DNA of 64,000 bases from the human T2T-CHM13v2.0 reference genome, Homo sapiens: NCBI RefSeq assembly GCF_009914755.1, contig NC_060926.1. One strand, 5' to 3'. The position numbers and the translations under genes were made by a program. Below are positions 1 through 13,915 of the stretch, one piece after another. The stretch's first letter is position 1, and each line of letters opens with the position of its first letter. Below the pieces are notes generated by a model that had not been told where the DNA came from, ran no database searches, and saw nothing but the letters and a program-made list of their open reading frames with translations.

Positions 1-877
1 GCTGTGCCTGAGTCCACAAGAAGACTGGCTGATCCCAGATTCAGAGCATTGTTGAGTTTGCCTTGACTGAAGTTTCATTGCAAAAATATTGTAGGTGTAC
101 CTAGAGACATCATCCACCTTTACAGGAACAGAGTATATGACTGATTCTGTGCAGTTTGCAAAGAATGTTGTGTGTCTGAGAGTTGCTTTTGTAGAAACAT
201 AACACTGTTTGTGCAGGTTATTGTGGGAAGAGACAGAAAACTCCCACCCACCTTTGAGAATGGCAGGCCACTGATACCCAGAACACATGTTGAATGGCAG
301 GTTGCCTTTGATCATTTTGGATCTCTCTCCTGAAATTGCACAGCATGTGGCAGAATTGGAAAGGGAAACACAGCCTGCTGGACTTCAAAGTGTGTGTTCT
401 CAGCCACCTCATTTTACTGCTTGGTGATAAAAATAACCTAGGATACTTCTGATTATTCAGTCCAGAGCACTGTCATGTAAAATGACAAAAAAAAAAAAAA
501 AAGTATTATAAAAGATTGCTAGTTTCCCTAAGATAGGAGTTTTTCTATCCAGGCATCAAGGATCCCAAGAATCCTTGAAAATTGCATATAACATTTGGGT
601 TTATGTAAATATCTGGAGTTGTTTTTTCATGATCAGAGCCCCTAACTTCCCACAGAATTGTAAAAGGGTCCATCTGTGCCTATTGCCTAGAAATGTTTAC
701 TGCTGTTTCAGAAAACCAACTGTAGATCCTCCCTTTTCCCTCCTAGGCCATTTTCCAAGACATCAACATGTAAGTTTTATTTAAAAATTTATTTAGAGGT
801 AAGTGGAAACTGTCATTGTTCTCATTTTGCTCTACAAGGAATGGAAGTGTAAAGAGGTTAAGGTGATTCAGCACCAG

Positions 878-1263
878 TGTGTTGGTCCGTTTGCATTGCT
901 ATAGAGGAATACTGGACTCTGGGTGATTTATAAAGAAAAGTGGTTTATTTGGCTCACAGTTCTGAGGGCTGTACAAACAAGGCACCAGCATTTGTTTGGC
1001 TTCTGGTGAGGCACAGGGAGCTCTTAGTCATGGTGGAAGGGAAGGGGAACGGCATGTCACATGGTAAGAAAGGAAGTGAGAGAGGGAGGGAGGAGGTGCT
1101 AGTCTCTTTTAAACAACCAATCTCATTACAGCAGGGAGGGCACCGAGTGCCTATGAAGGATCTGCCTCCATGACCCAAACACCTCCCACCAGGCCCCACC
1201 TCCAACATTGCGGATTACATATCAGCATGAGATTTGCAGGGGACAGAGATCTAAAATGTATCA
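878..1263 (-). mobile_element. MaLR solo LTR, MSTB-like
   Basis: TGTGTTGGTCCGTTTGCATTGCTATAGAGGAATAC...CATGAGATTTGCAGGGGACAGAGATCTAAAATGTATCA resembles the MST reverse complement; TG...CA termini; 5-bp TSD accag/actag. Confidence 0.85.
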
Positions 1264-3536
1264 ACTAGGAATCCTGGTGCATGGTCCTGCCTCTGAAACT
1301 GCTCTTTGCCCAGGGTCTGTCATCTCTACTTGTAAACTATTGGTTACATTTTCTGGCCAGGCTTCCAACTCTTCCTAAAAGTGCCTCCCATTTTTCTGCC
1401 TTTGTGCTTTCTGCTCATGCCATTTGCTTTTGGGAGCTTTTCAATTCTACCCACCCTGCGAGGCCCAGCCAGGGCTGACGTCCTCTGAGCAGCTTCTGTA
1501 ACTACTCCAGTGGAAAGTGTTCTTCTCTTCCTCCATATTAGGATGGTACCTAACTCTATATGAGCTGTCACAGCATGAACCTTGAGTCATTTCTCACATT
1601 CTTTTCTTAAGCCATCACCTGTACCTTGTGTTTGTAGCCTGCGATTGCCAGGCCACAGCCATCAGGGCTTTTGTGGAAAGGGGACAATGAGTATCATATT
1701 TCTTAGGCTCCTGCTGAGGCAGGTCCCTCTACCTCCCTTGAGGTCACCCTTGTTTCCGAGAGTCCCTGGGGTGGCTCGTGTGTGGCCTGCGCAGGGTCCC
1801 CTTCCTTCTGCCCTGACTCTGGCTGGTGGTGGGGGCTCCTCCTGAGGCCCCCCTGCTCCCAGAGCTCTGGGAACTTGCTGCCCAGATGGCTGTCCAAGCC
1901 CAGTTGCACCAGGGCCACACTGAGCTGAGGCCGCTTTGCCTGTTCTACTCACGCTGCAGCAGTCCCTCGGCAGGCTGACCCAAGTTGGCCTCTCAGCTGG
2001 GTCGGGGGGAACCCCTGATCTTCACCTCTATTTTGTTCTTTGTTTCATGGGTTCAGAGCAGTGAGACTTGGCTCCCAATGGCTTACAAATTTTTAGGCCA
2101 ACCACTCTTTCCATCTTATTTGGTGTTCCTAGAATGCAGCTGGGAGTCCAGGGCACTGTATCCTCTGATTCCAGGTCTCAGTCACTGATCCAGGTTATGG
2201 CCTGACTCTCTTTCTCTTTGGGAGGACTCTTTCCTAGGAGACCTATTGGTAATAATATGCTGGGGGCAGGCACTGGCTATAGGCTTTGCCCCTTGACCTT
2301 ACAGAAACCTTTGTATAACCTTATGAAGTCGATAGAAGGATGAAGCACTAGACTGGGGATCAGGAAGCCTGGAAGCCCTCTGGTGGCTTTCCAGTTGCTG
2401 TTGTTTTTAGTTTAATATATTACTTTCTTTAACTGAAATCATTCAAGAAGCCCAGCATGTAAAACAAATATGGCTGGAGCTGCTCTGGATGCAAACAGGG
2501 TCAATGTGAGGAGTCCTACAACTCAGCCACCCTTTCCCTGGGCAGCTGGGCCCTGAGTTTTTTCTGGGGAAGGATAGCCAAAACACAGCTCCCAGAGCAC
2601 CCAGTCTCACCCAGAACACAGGTGAGCTTCCGGGTACATCAGAGGTACATTTCCCACCCAGAAGGGATGCAAGTTCATTTTCACACAGGCCAAAAAGAAA
2701 CCCAGTTTTATCTGGTGGTGATTTATTCTTTCTCTCCCTAGCCACTTCTCTTGAGCCGAGTCTCCAGCCTCTGTGGGTTTAATCTCTTACTAATCCTCCA
2801 CCTCCCCTCCAGCATCTTTAGCTGACACTCTTTCCTCCTGGCAGATGATCACCACAGGCCTTTAAGGGATGGTAAAATGAGCCAGGAAATAATCAGAGGC
2901 CCCAAGGCTGCTTTAGGTGATGTTTGTTGGGTCTCACCCCCACTTCCTCGGAGCTTCAGGTTTTCCATTCAAGCTCATGGATGCCACACCCGGGGCATTC
3001 CAGCTGAGCTCTTTGTAGCTAGCTGAGCCAGAGTTTGTAGACAGCTGGAGAAAAAAATGTGCTGAAGAAGCAAGACCTCCATGCTGTCATCCTGTTGGGA
3101 CTCACCCCAATAGCCTCAGCCGGCTCTAGCTTTAGTGGGTGCTGAGATGGTCTGCCCTGAGCAGTGAAAAATGTCAGGGGAGTGAGCAACAACAAAAGCC
3201 TGCATCCTTTCTCTCACTCCATCCTGGAGTTGAGAATGACTGCAGAATGAGCAACTATCCAGGATACAGGATATACTTGTCAAAGTGAGAAAGGTACCTA
3301 CAGGCCATTTGGAATGACTCATGAGATTCCTACCTGATAAAGGAATGTCTCAGCCCTTCCTGGATATGTATTAGGGGATGCTTAACTCTAGAAAACCCTC
3401 CTCAAATGCCACAGATGGCAAACTCCAGGCTGTGTGTGTTTTCCAAGTAGGGAAAACCAAGGATATAGAAGGCGAGCTGCATTCTAAAATGATACTGAGA
3501 CACATGTTTTCAAGTGCAGATTCTGGATTAAAATGG

Positions 3537-3925
3537 TATTAAATGAAATAAGCAGGAGGCTATTGGCTTGAGGCTGAGTCTGTACTTTGAGTCTTTAATT
3601 AACAAACTGCAACCTAGTTTAGTAAGTAAACAAATTGGAAGTCTAATAGGAGCATAACAGTGGAGTCTCAGCCAATCACAAGCAGCCATGCTTTAGCCAA
3701 TCACAGGAAGCTGATTGATCAGACCATGTCCAAACAAGACAAATGCTGAGATGTAACCAATAAAGCTCTTTCTGTCCTTTACTTCCTGTTCTGTTTATAA
3801 ATACTGCCCACACTGCAGAGTGAATTTCTCTGAATCTCTTCTAGTTAAGTGCTGCCCAATTCATGAATCATTCTTTGCTTCCAAAAACTGTTAAATTTAA
3901 TTTATCAAAAGCTTTTCTTTTAAAA
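3537..3925 (+). mobile_element. ERV1 solo LTR, MER57-like
   Basis: GCAGGAGGCTATTGGCTTGAGGCTG...AACAAACTGCAACCTA; repeated GCCAATCAC; end AACTGTTAAATTTAATTTATCAAAAGCTTTTCTTTTAAAA; 4-bp TSD atgg/atgt. Confidence 0.7.
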
Positions 3926-3934
3926 ATGTCTGTT

Positions 3935-4269
<335 letters not shown>

Positions 4270-4429
4270 TTAGAGTGTGGCCACTTGCCTGCTCTTCCTG
4301 AAACTCCATGACTGATGATTCTTTTCATGGCCCCTCCTTGGCTGGAAGCTCTGGGCCCCTGATGAGTAACCATAAGTCACATTTCCATAGCAGTTTGTGG
4401 TTCTGGAAGCACTTTCTCATATTTACTGG

Positions 4430-4900
4430 GCAGTGTTAAGTGCAGATAATGGAGATCACTTAAGTAGTTTAAGCAGAAAAGGACTGATATAAGGAATTAG
4501 GTACTTACAACATGGCTGGAAGGGCTGGAGGAGGCTTCAGCATGGACCTCCAGGATGATTCCCACAGCTGTGTTCCAGAACTGGCCTGCCATTACTGCCA
4601 CAATCAGGAAGCCACTGCCAGAAATGTTGGGTCCAAGAATGCATTACCTTTGTTTTGAGTTGGAGATCAGTGCTGTTGGCTCCATAGCCACGTGACTGTA
4701 GCTCTGATCTATACTAGCAGAATGCATACTTCATCCCTGCCCCTCTCCCTTCTCAGCTATCTACATTTCAGCCCTGTTCAAGGATATTTGATTGGTAGAA
4801 CCCAAACCACCTAGGAGACGTAGTTGCAAGGGAGTATGGAAACTAGGTTTTAGCTTACTAGTCTCTTCGGTACAGGAAGGTACACTAGAAAGTTGGAATA
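4430..4900. mobile_element. Old MaLR/ERVL LTR remnant (MLT1-like)
   Basis: TTAAGCAGAAAAGG...GATTGGTAGAACCCAAACCAC...TAGTTGCAAGGGAG resemble MLT1 motifs; highly diverged. Confidence 0.35.
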
Positions 4901-5099
4901 GACATACATTCTGCATCTGCCATCCCATAGATACCTCATTTAATATTTGCAGAAAATCTAGAGAGTGACAGGAGAGGTGTTAGCCTCATTCAGCACATGA
5001 ATAAACAGGGGAGTAATGAGGCTAGAAGAGAATGGCAGGGAGACAGAAAGACCCGGACTGTTGCTTTGAGCAAATGATATTCGTGTTGGGGGTTGAAGA

Positions 5100-5430
5100 G
5101 TATTAGGGGTTAAACTAGATGAAGGGCTGAGCAGGAACAATATTCTAGGCAGGAGGAATGCATGCGCGTAAAGGTGCTGAGACTGGAGGGAACATGATAC
5201 AATCACGGAACTGAAAGACAAAGGGGGCGTGACTGTAGAGGGGGCAAAGTGGCTGCAAAATGAGGCTAGAGAAGCACCAGAGACAGACAGGCAAGCACCA
5301 GAGAGAGACAGGCAAGCACCAGAGAGAGAAAGGCAAGCCCCATTAAGAATTTCGTCTTTTTCCTAGAGCAATGGGAAGGCATTCAAAGGTTTATAGATGG
5401 GAAAGGTGTGTGGGACTTGATCATGTTTGC
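5100..5430 (-). mobile_element. L2 fragment
   Basis: AGGTGCTGAGACTGGAGGG...CCTAGAGCAATGGGAAGGCATTCAAAGG typical of antisense L2 3' region. Confidence 0.55.
5272..5338 (+). repeat. 21-bp tandem repeat, 3.2 copies
   Basis: AAGCACCAGAGACAGACAGGC / AAGCACCAGAGAGAGACAGGC / AAGCACCAGAGAGAGAAAGGC / AAGC. Confidence 0.95.
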
Positions 5431-7097
5431 ACTACAGGGTCACTGGCTGTTCTGTGTCTCCTGACTCCATGCATGTACTCACCATAGTCCACAATTTGAC
5501 ACCAAACGGTCACTCTCCTGTATTACTAAAGTGGTTTCATTTTTGCATCATTCCCACTTCTTTACTCCAAGCAACAGGAGGAAAAAACAACAGCAAGAGG
5601 TCTACAAATCTGGGAAGGTATAAATAGGAGTTTTTGCATTTGTATAAATAAAAGCCTCTGAAGGAAACCATTAATTTCCTCTGTAGCTGCTTTGGAATGT
5701 TAGTGAGGGCATTTGGTGCGAACTGTTTGAAAATGCTTCTACATATTGTTCTGTGGGTGGAGATCAACGAGGTATGGAAATGAATCAGCAAGCAAGGCCT
5801 CTAATGGTGCTTCTGGTCCTGCAAAAATTGACTGGTTGCTGGGCTGCCTCAGCTCCCCACCGTGAGGGACAGGTACTGTTTCAGCTTGGTGGAGTGGCTT
5901 CTCTCCTCTTGCCAGTCAGCAACCCAGGGGCTTGGGAACATATGGTTGAGGCCTGTTTCAAAGAGATCAAAAATCAAAAATTTTAAAAACCTCTCAGATG
6001 TACAACTGTACTCCAAAAAGGTCGCACCTTTATAAAGGAATCTGCCCCTGAGAGTCTCAGGACTCAGCTTCCTCCTGAAGCTAGCCAACTCTGCTAGCAC
6101 CTTCTTCACCACGTATGAACACAGTGTATGAACACGGTATCCGGCACAGTTTCACCTAGCTGGAGACCTAGGCTCTGAGTCCTAGCTTCCTAACCAGGCT
6201 GTGAGCGCTCTGAAGGAAGGGCTCACTCCATTTATATCTTCATATTCATTAAACACCTAGGTCAGTGGATTCATAGTCTGAGCTCAGAATATTCACTAAT
6301 CCCGAGACTGCTGGCTTTCTGTGGTCATGGTTGCCATTGGGTGGGGCGTCCATGGACCCCAGGCTAAGCACTTTGCTTAGGCTAAGTTCCCAACAGTGCT
6401 GCTCAGCAGTGGACCTCTTTCTGATTCTCTCAAGCCTATACACTGAGGGGTTGTCCACACTGCCTCTGAGAGCAGTGGGCAGGCAAAGGAAGTGTGCTTT
6501 GTGAGGTCACCCGTGGGGACAGTGAGTGCAAGCAGCTGCAGTCCTCATGGGCCGCCAGCCTCCCGCTTCCTGCAGAGGCGCCCAGAGCTGGAGCTGGTCT
6601 GCGCATGCACTTGGAGGCACGGTATGAACAACCGCAGAAATGCCGGCCAACTACGCCAGTTCCCAGAGCCCAGCGTTCTCCTCTCTCCTCTTTCATTGGT
6701 TTCCCAGGAAAGCTGCTGAGGGCGGGAGCCCCAGATGCACAGTTTGGCTCATAAGCGGGCTGCCTTTCACAGCCACCACTACCCACCCGGGGAGAGCACT
6801 GGATTGTGGCAAACGGGACCTCTTTGTGTGAGCAACCAAGGTGTGTTGGGTTTGGTGCTCCAAGGCAAACTTCTTTGCTCAATTGAAACAGCCCCTGGTC
6901 ATCTCTGCTTCTCCATCTATAGCCACCCCGTGAGAATAAAAACTCCAGAGAGTCCTTTCTATTTACATTTAGGGAATTCTAAAAGAAAGGTACAAGAAGC
7001 CAAAGGATTATCCGTGTTTGTCCTTAGAAAAAGAGGTAACAATGCAATTTTTAAAACCCTAAAAGATTAATGAAATAAAACATTACAGATAGATACA

Positions 7098-7335
7098 GCA
7101 GTCAAATTCAAAGAAACAGAGAATAGTGGTTACCAGGGGCTGGGGGAGAGGGGAATGGAGAGCTATTGTTTAATGAATATGAACTTTGAGTTTGGGAAGA
7201 TGAAAAATTTCTGAAGAGGGATAGTGGCGATGTTTGCACAGCAGTGTGAATGGACTTAATGTTGCTGAACTATACACTTAAAAACGGTTAAAATAGTAAA
7301 TTGTATGTTGTGTATATTTTGCCATAATAAAAATT
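7098..7335 (+). mobile_element. L1M (L1MB-like) 3' end
   Basis: GTGGTTACCAGGGGCTGGGG...GATGAAAAATTTCTG...CTGAACTATACACTTAAAAACGGTTAAAATAGTAAATT...AATAAA. Confidence 0.85.
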
Positions 7336-7471
7336 TTTCAGAAACCATTATGAACAGAGCATTGTCTCAATGAGGAGACACTAAGCTTGTTGACTTTTAT
7401 CTTGGGTGCTCTCTGTGTATGTGTATGTGTATTTATATTAAAAGTAACCAGTTTCCTGAAAACACAAAACC

Positions 7472-7726
7472 CATTCCTGGCCAACAGGCTCTTTTCCTGT
7501 GCTTTTGTGCATTCTGAAGCTGTCTTCATAATGTGTTGGTCAGGAAGTGGGTGACTCATGGGGCCTTTATGACAGACCCTTGAGTCACACACACACACAC
7601 ACATACACACAGACACACGTGAGTCACCCCTACAGGCTTCTAGGACAGGCAGCGATTTAGATGCCAGAGTGATGTGCCTGGGGCATGGCGGGAGGCAGCC
7701 TGGCGCCCATTGCCAGGCACATTCCT
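7472..7726. promoter_or_regulatory. Candidate AP-1/ETS/TEAD enhancer
   Basis: TGA(C/G)TCA at 7552, 7581, 7620; CAGGAAGT 7541; CACGTG 7616; CATTCC 7472 and 7720; motif evidence only. Confidence 0.45.
7586..7618. repeat. (CA)n microsatellite
   Basis: CACACACACACACACACATACACACAGACACAC. Confidence 0.95.
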
Positions 7727-8054
7727 GGGAGCCTCTCCCATGGTTTAGTAATAAATGGAAGCTGTGGCCACAGCTCCCAAATCCAGGCCCAGCAATAGCT
7801 GTTTCTCTGACTTTTAAGGACAACCCAAATGGTGGCAGGAGGGGAGAGCAGTTGGTATTGGAAACGCCCAGTGGCCGCTGGGCTGCTGTGAGTGGCGCCT
7901 GTTTTGGCGATGTGAGTGGCGCTGGGTGTAGGCCTCTGAATCTGCCGGTGTGTGGTGGCAAGAGCAGGTCAATCACAGGGTGATCTTACATCTTCCCGGG
8001 GGTCGTGAATCGGGTTGGGAGCCACTCAGTTATATAAACAAATGGAGGACTGAT

Positions 8055-8180
8055 CTAGACCTTAGGAGACCTGGTTTAGACTTTGATCTGCCACTAGCTT
8101 GTTTTGTTACCATGGTAAATCACATAAACTCTCTGGCCTTGGGTTCCTTGTCTTTAAAGTGAGGGAGTTGGATTAGATCA
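8055..8180 (+). mobile_element. MIR fragment
   Basis: GGAGACCTGGTTT...CTGCCACTAGCTTG...AACTCTCTGGCCTTGGGTTCCTTGTCTTTAAAGTG. Confidence 0.65.
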
Positions 8181-8361
8181 GGATTGGCTGGCACACAGCT
8201 CCTGTGCCACCCGTCCCTCCAGTTCCTGAGGCAACAATGTTCACTGCCCTCTGAGCCCACATGGCAGCTCCTGGTCCTTCTTAGATGGCCTTCTCTTTCT
8301 ATTCTGTTAATTGGAGTTAGCATCTGAAATGACACCTATTTGCTATCCTGAAAGCTGATAT

Positions 8362-8540
8362 GCTGGTTCTCAACTTTGCCTATAAATTAGAATCACTGGA
8401 GAGCTTTTAGCAAATACAGGTGTCTGAATCCTACCCATATGGATTCTGATTTAATTATTCTGGGATGAGACCCAGGCATTGATAAATTTTAAAAGCTCTC
8501 TAGGGGATTCCAGTGTGTAGCCAGGAATGAGGGTCACTGG
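8362..8540. mobile_element. MER5-like hAT-Charlie element
   Basis: GGTTCTCAAC...TTAGAATCACTGGAGAGCTT...GATTCTGATTTAATT...AAAGCTCTCTAGGGGATTCC. Confidence 0.75.
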
Positions 8541-8654
8541 ACGAGATGACCGCTACAGGGGCCTAACAGTCAGTCACTTTGTGATCAGCTGTTGGCATGA
8601 AGATGACAGGAATGATTGGGCTGGTTGAGCCGAGCTCTGCTGGCAAGAACATTA

Positions 8655-8870
8655 GGGGATCAGGAGACTTGGTTCTCATTTCTAGTTTGCATTCCTAATT
8701 TGCTTGTGATTTTGGGTGAGTTATTTATTCTTTTTAGCTTTAGTTCCCACATGTATAAACTGGGAGTAATAATCTCTTGAGCTTCCTACCTCACCATATT
8801 CTTAAGAGGAAGAAAGAAATGTTAATAGATGTATAAGAGAAAAGTGCTACAGAAAGTGCTACGTAAATTA
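8655..8870 (+). mobile_element. MIR fragment
   Basis: GGAGACTTGGTTC...TTGGGTGAGTTATTTA...TAGTTCCCACATGTATAAACTGGGAGTAATAA. Confidence 0.65.
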
Positions 8871-9198
8871 TTCCATTTTTATAACCCACATACCCCAAAA
8901 TACTCTTCTAAAATTTGAAATAAAAAATTTTGAATCCATCCCTTGTGGGGAATTATGAAGATTCAGTGAGGTGGCATATACAACAGTCCCTAGCCTGGTA
9001 GGTGTGCAAGCAATGCTTGTTTGAATGAACATTTTGATGGAGGTTACTGAAACACCAAATCACAGAGTTCTGTGTGCCTTCAAAGGAAGAGGAAGCTCAT
9101 TTCTGTGGCTGTTTTGTTAGAACTGGTCCTTTATTTGAGTTTTCTAAAGTAAAAATTATGCATGTAATGCCTGAAATATTCTCAGTATGAAATATTCC

Positions 9199-9499
<301 letters not shown>

Positions 9500-9729
9500 T
9501 CAAATGATAAATAAAAAGAGCAAAATTTGAAAGCCCTCTTAACCTCCTCCACCCCACCACTCCCCTCTCCAGAAGCAATCACTGATGGTGATTGAATTGT
9601 ATCTGTTCAAGCTCTATATATTTACAATACACACACACACCCATATTAAATTTTTTTTAAGAAATGGGGTCATATATGTTATTCTGCAATTTGCTTAACA
9701 ATATGTTTTAGGGCTCTTTCCATGATCTC

Positions 9730-9880
9730 TGGCAAGTTACTTAACCCTTCACATGCCTTAATCTCCTCATCTGTAAATGGGGATAATAATATAAGATCAT
9801 TATAAAGATTGTATTAGTTAATATTTGTAAAGTGCTTAAAATAGTGACTACCACTGTTCCATGGTTAAGCTCACAATAAC
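9730..9880 (+). mobile_element. MIR
   Basis: GGCAAGTTACTTAACCC...CCTCATCTGTAAATGGGGATAATAAT core. Confidence 0.8.
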
Positions 9881-10849
9881 TCTTATAGAAATTTTCTTCC
9901 CCTAAATAAATGTCTATTAGATAACAATTTAAAAATAAAAATTTCTGTATTTTCATTTGTGCTGGACTTAGATCTGATTGCAAAAAATACCATCAAGTCG
10001 AAATTTGGTAAAGAGGTTGTTTTGAAAGTAGGTAGATAGGTTACTGACCTTTCATATTTCACATAATGAATGATGGACCCAAGAGCATCCCTAGAGACCT
10101 TCATTCAACTTCTGCAGCTCGGTTTCTCTGCTGGAAAGTGAGGTATGATATTATCCACTAGGCAAGAGGTGCCAGGGGGAACTGGACTCAAAGTGGTGAC
10201 CAGCTCACGGTGGGCAGCTGATGACGCCACAAAGCATTGGCCTGCACGGCTGAGGAGCATTAGGTCGTGACCTTGTTTCCAACCTCTCTCCGGGTTTTCT
10301 GAGGGAAGGTACAAAAGAGGTGAAAGTGTTGGCATTTTGCCTCTAGGAAGAATTTTGATTAAGGATAAACATATTCCAAGATGCTGTGAAGTTGAAGTCA
10401 CATGAATGCTAAGTGATTTCTTGGCATCAGAAATCAATCTCTTTCATGTCAGTCCTAAAAAAATAAACACTTTTACCTTCTTTGGTACCAGGAATAGCCA
10501 GAGAGGCTTCAGCTATTACAGCAAAAGCTTTTAAAATAATTACTTCTAGAATACGATAATATTAGTGATTAGCTTTGTGTGAAAATTGAAGAGATAAGTA
10601 GTTAAATACTAGGAATAATAAATCTTGGAAGTGTCATTGTGTAATAAGTTTGCCCTTTAAAAGTATCACTTTTCAATGATTTTGTTCATAGTGAATCTTT
10701 CAGAAAAAAGTCTTCACTGAATCCTTTTTCTATGATTAAGGTGAGTTCTTAAAGTGATCTTTGATTTTCATACATTAGAGTCAGATTCCTTCAAAACAAA
10801 ATTTTTTTTTAAATGGTAATTGCACTCTCATTTACGTCAGTCCTAAAAT

Positions 10850-10990
10850 AGTGCTTAAATAGTACCTTTCTATGTTCTGGCCACTGTGCATGCACAATCT
10901 TATTAACTCTGCAAATAGCCCTATGGAGTGAGTATCACTATTACCACCCCATACTAGAGACGGAGAAACTGAGGCTTAAAGAGGTTAAGA
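10850..10990 (-). mobile_element. MIR
   Basis: CCCCATACTAGAGACGGAGAAACTGAGGCTTAAAGAGGTTAAG antisense core. Confidence 0.75.
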
Positions 10991-11436
10991 AAGCCAGATC
11001 TGCCTATTTGGGAACAAAAATTTCTAACTGGTTGTTCCATAAGCCAGATAATTATGTCAATGAGATAAATTACTGCAAGGGTCTGGATTTGCCACACGTC
11101 AGATTAACCCCCTGAATCATCAGTTATGTATAGTAAAAAGTGTGCGTAAAAAAGTGAAGGATAAATGGGGTGGGAGGAATGGAAATCTGGTAGACCTTAT
11201 AAAATACAACTGTACTGGAAAAGCTGCTTCTCCAAGTGACTTGCTTTTCCCGGGGCACAGATTGGCTCAAAGAGGGTGGAGGCAGCTGGCAGCTTCTCTT
11301 GGCAGACCAACAGGGCTGGCTGTGGGGAGGCCCCTGGGAAGAGCAAATCCCTGTCTGCTGGGAATGTTGGTTTTGTAATTAAATTAAGGGTAAGGGAAAC
11401 TATACTGCAAATTCTGCTTGGTGGCTCAGAATTTGA

Positions 11437-12135
<699 letters not shown>

Positions 12136-12289
12136 CTACATTTGCTTTAACTCTCTCCCCCACCTTCCACAATTATACACAAGAGTTAGTTGTAGACATG
12201 CTAAAACTTTACCCCTTCAGCATATATCTCCTAAAAGCAAGTCATTTTCCTGTCATCTCTTACAATATAACATTGATGATTGATAGAAT

Positions 12290-12835
<546 letters not shown>

Positions 12836-13514
12836 TCAACAGACGGTTTTCTAATTTTAAATTCATGAGACTCAGTTGAGACAGTCAAGTGACCTAGCTG
12901 GCATTTTTTATATACGTGTTATTTACATGCAAATATAAATGTAGAATGATATACTATAAAATTCATGTAAGTACATGATAAGAACATTTAAATGATTTAA
13001 AAAGTACAAAGTAACAAGAGAAGTTCCTTTGTCAATGGTGACAACATTAACAGGTTTTTGTGTTCTATCCTGAAACACATTTATGTATATACCAGCCATA
13101 TCCCTCTCCATGTTTAACAAAAGGAGGCGGGCAATAAAAGGCACAGACGCTGTGGTCCAGTAAAGGGCCATTCCCAGGGCGGAATGAACCTTGTAGTTTT
13201 TCCTGGCTTGATGAACATCACATGTGACTGCTTTCCATCCCCGTTGTGAGAAGCCTTCGTGAGTTTGTATTGAGACAGCAACCTTTTGCTGACTAATATC
13301 AACCAAGGGCAGTATACTTGATATTACCTAGTCAAATATAACCCTTATGGGGTTGATTGGAGAAAACTGGTGGTCAATTAACTCTGAGAAGCATTTAACG
13401 AAGTACAAGATTATAAGCTGAACTCAGGAATGGCAGCCTTTGCTAAAAGTAAGGGTTAGGATGGTTTCCTTTTTTTTTTTTTTTCCAAAAAAACCTCAGG
13501 CTCTCTTTAAAAAT

Positions 13515-13915
13515 ACGATAAAATTCATGACATAAAATTTACCATCAGAGACATTTAGTACATTCTCAATGGTGTGCAACCATCAGTGTGATCTAGTTCC
13601 AAAATATTTTCATCGCCCCAAAAGGAAACCTTGTATCTGTTAGCAGTCACTCTGATTTTTCTCTCCCGTCAGTCCTTGTTAACCAGGAATCTGCTTCTAT
13701 CTCTATGGATTTACCAATTTGGCATTTCACAGAATCATACAATATGTGGCCTTCTGTGACTTGAAAACACATAATGTTTTCAAGCTTCATCTATGTTGTT
13801 GCGTGTATCAGCACTTCATTCCTTTTCCTGGCTGAATAGTGTGGCTAAATGTGGCATGGATAACCACCTTGTAAAATCCATTCATCAGTCGATGGCCTAT
13901 TTCTAAATATTGCTG
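13515..13915 (-). mobile_element. L1MB-like 3' fragment
   Basis: ACATTTAGTACATTCTCAATGGTGTGCAACCATC...TTCCAAAATATTTTCATCGCCCCAAAAGGAAACC. Confidence 0.8.

Noticed and set aside
6436-6882. 148-aa ORF over the GC-rich patch
   Set aside because: Stop-poor GC-rich sequence gives overlapping ORFs on both strands; no homology recognised.
7338-7976. 212-aa minus-strand ORF
   Set aside because: Non-ATG start, runs through the (CA)n repeat (VCMCVCVC), no recognisable domain; probably a chance ORF.
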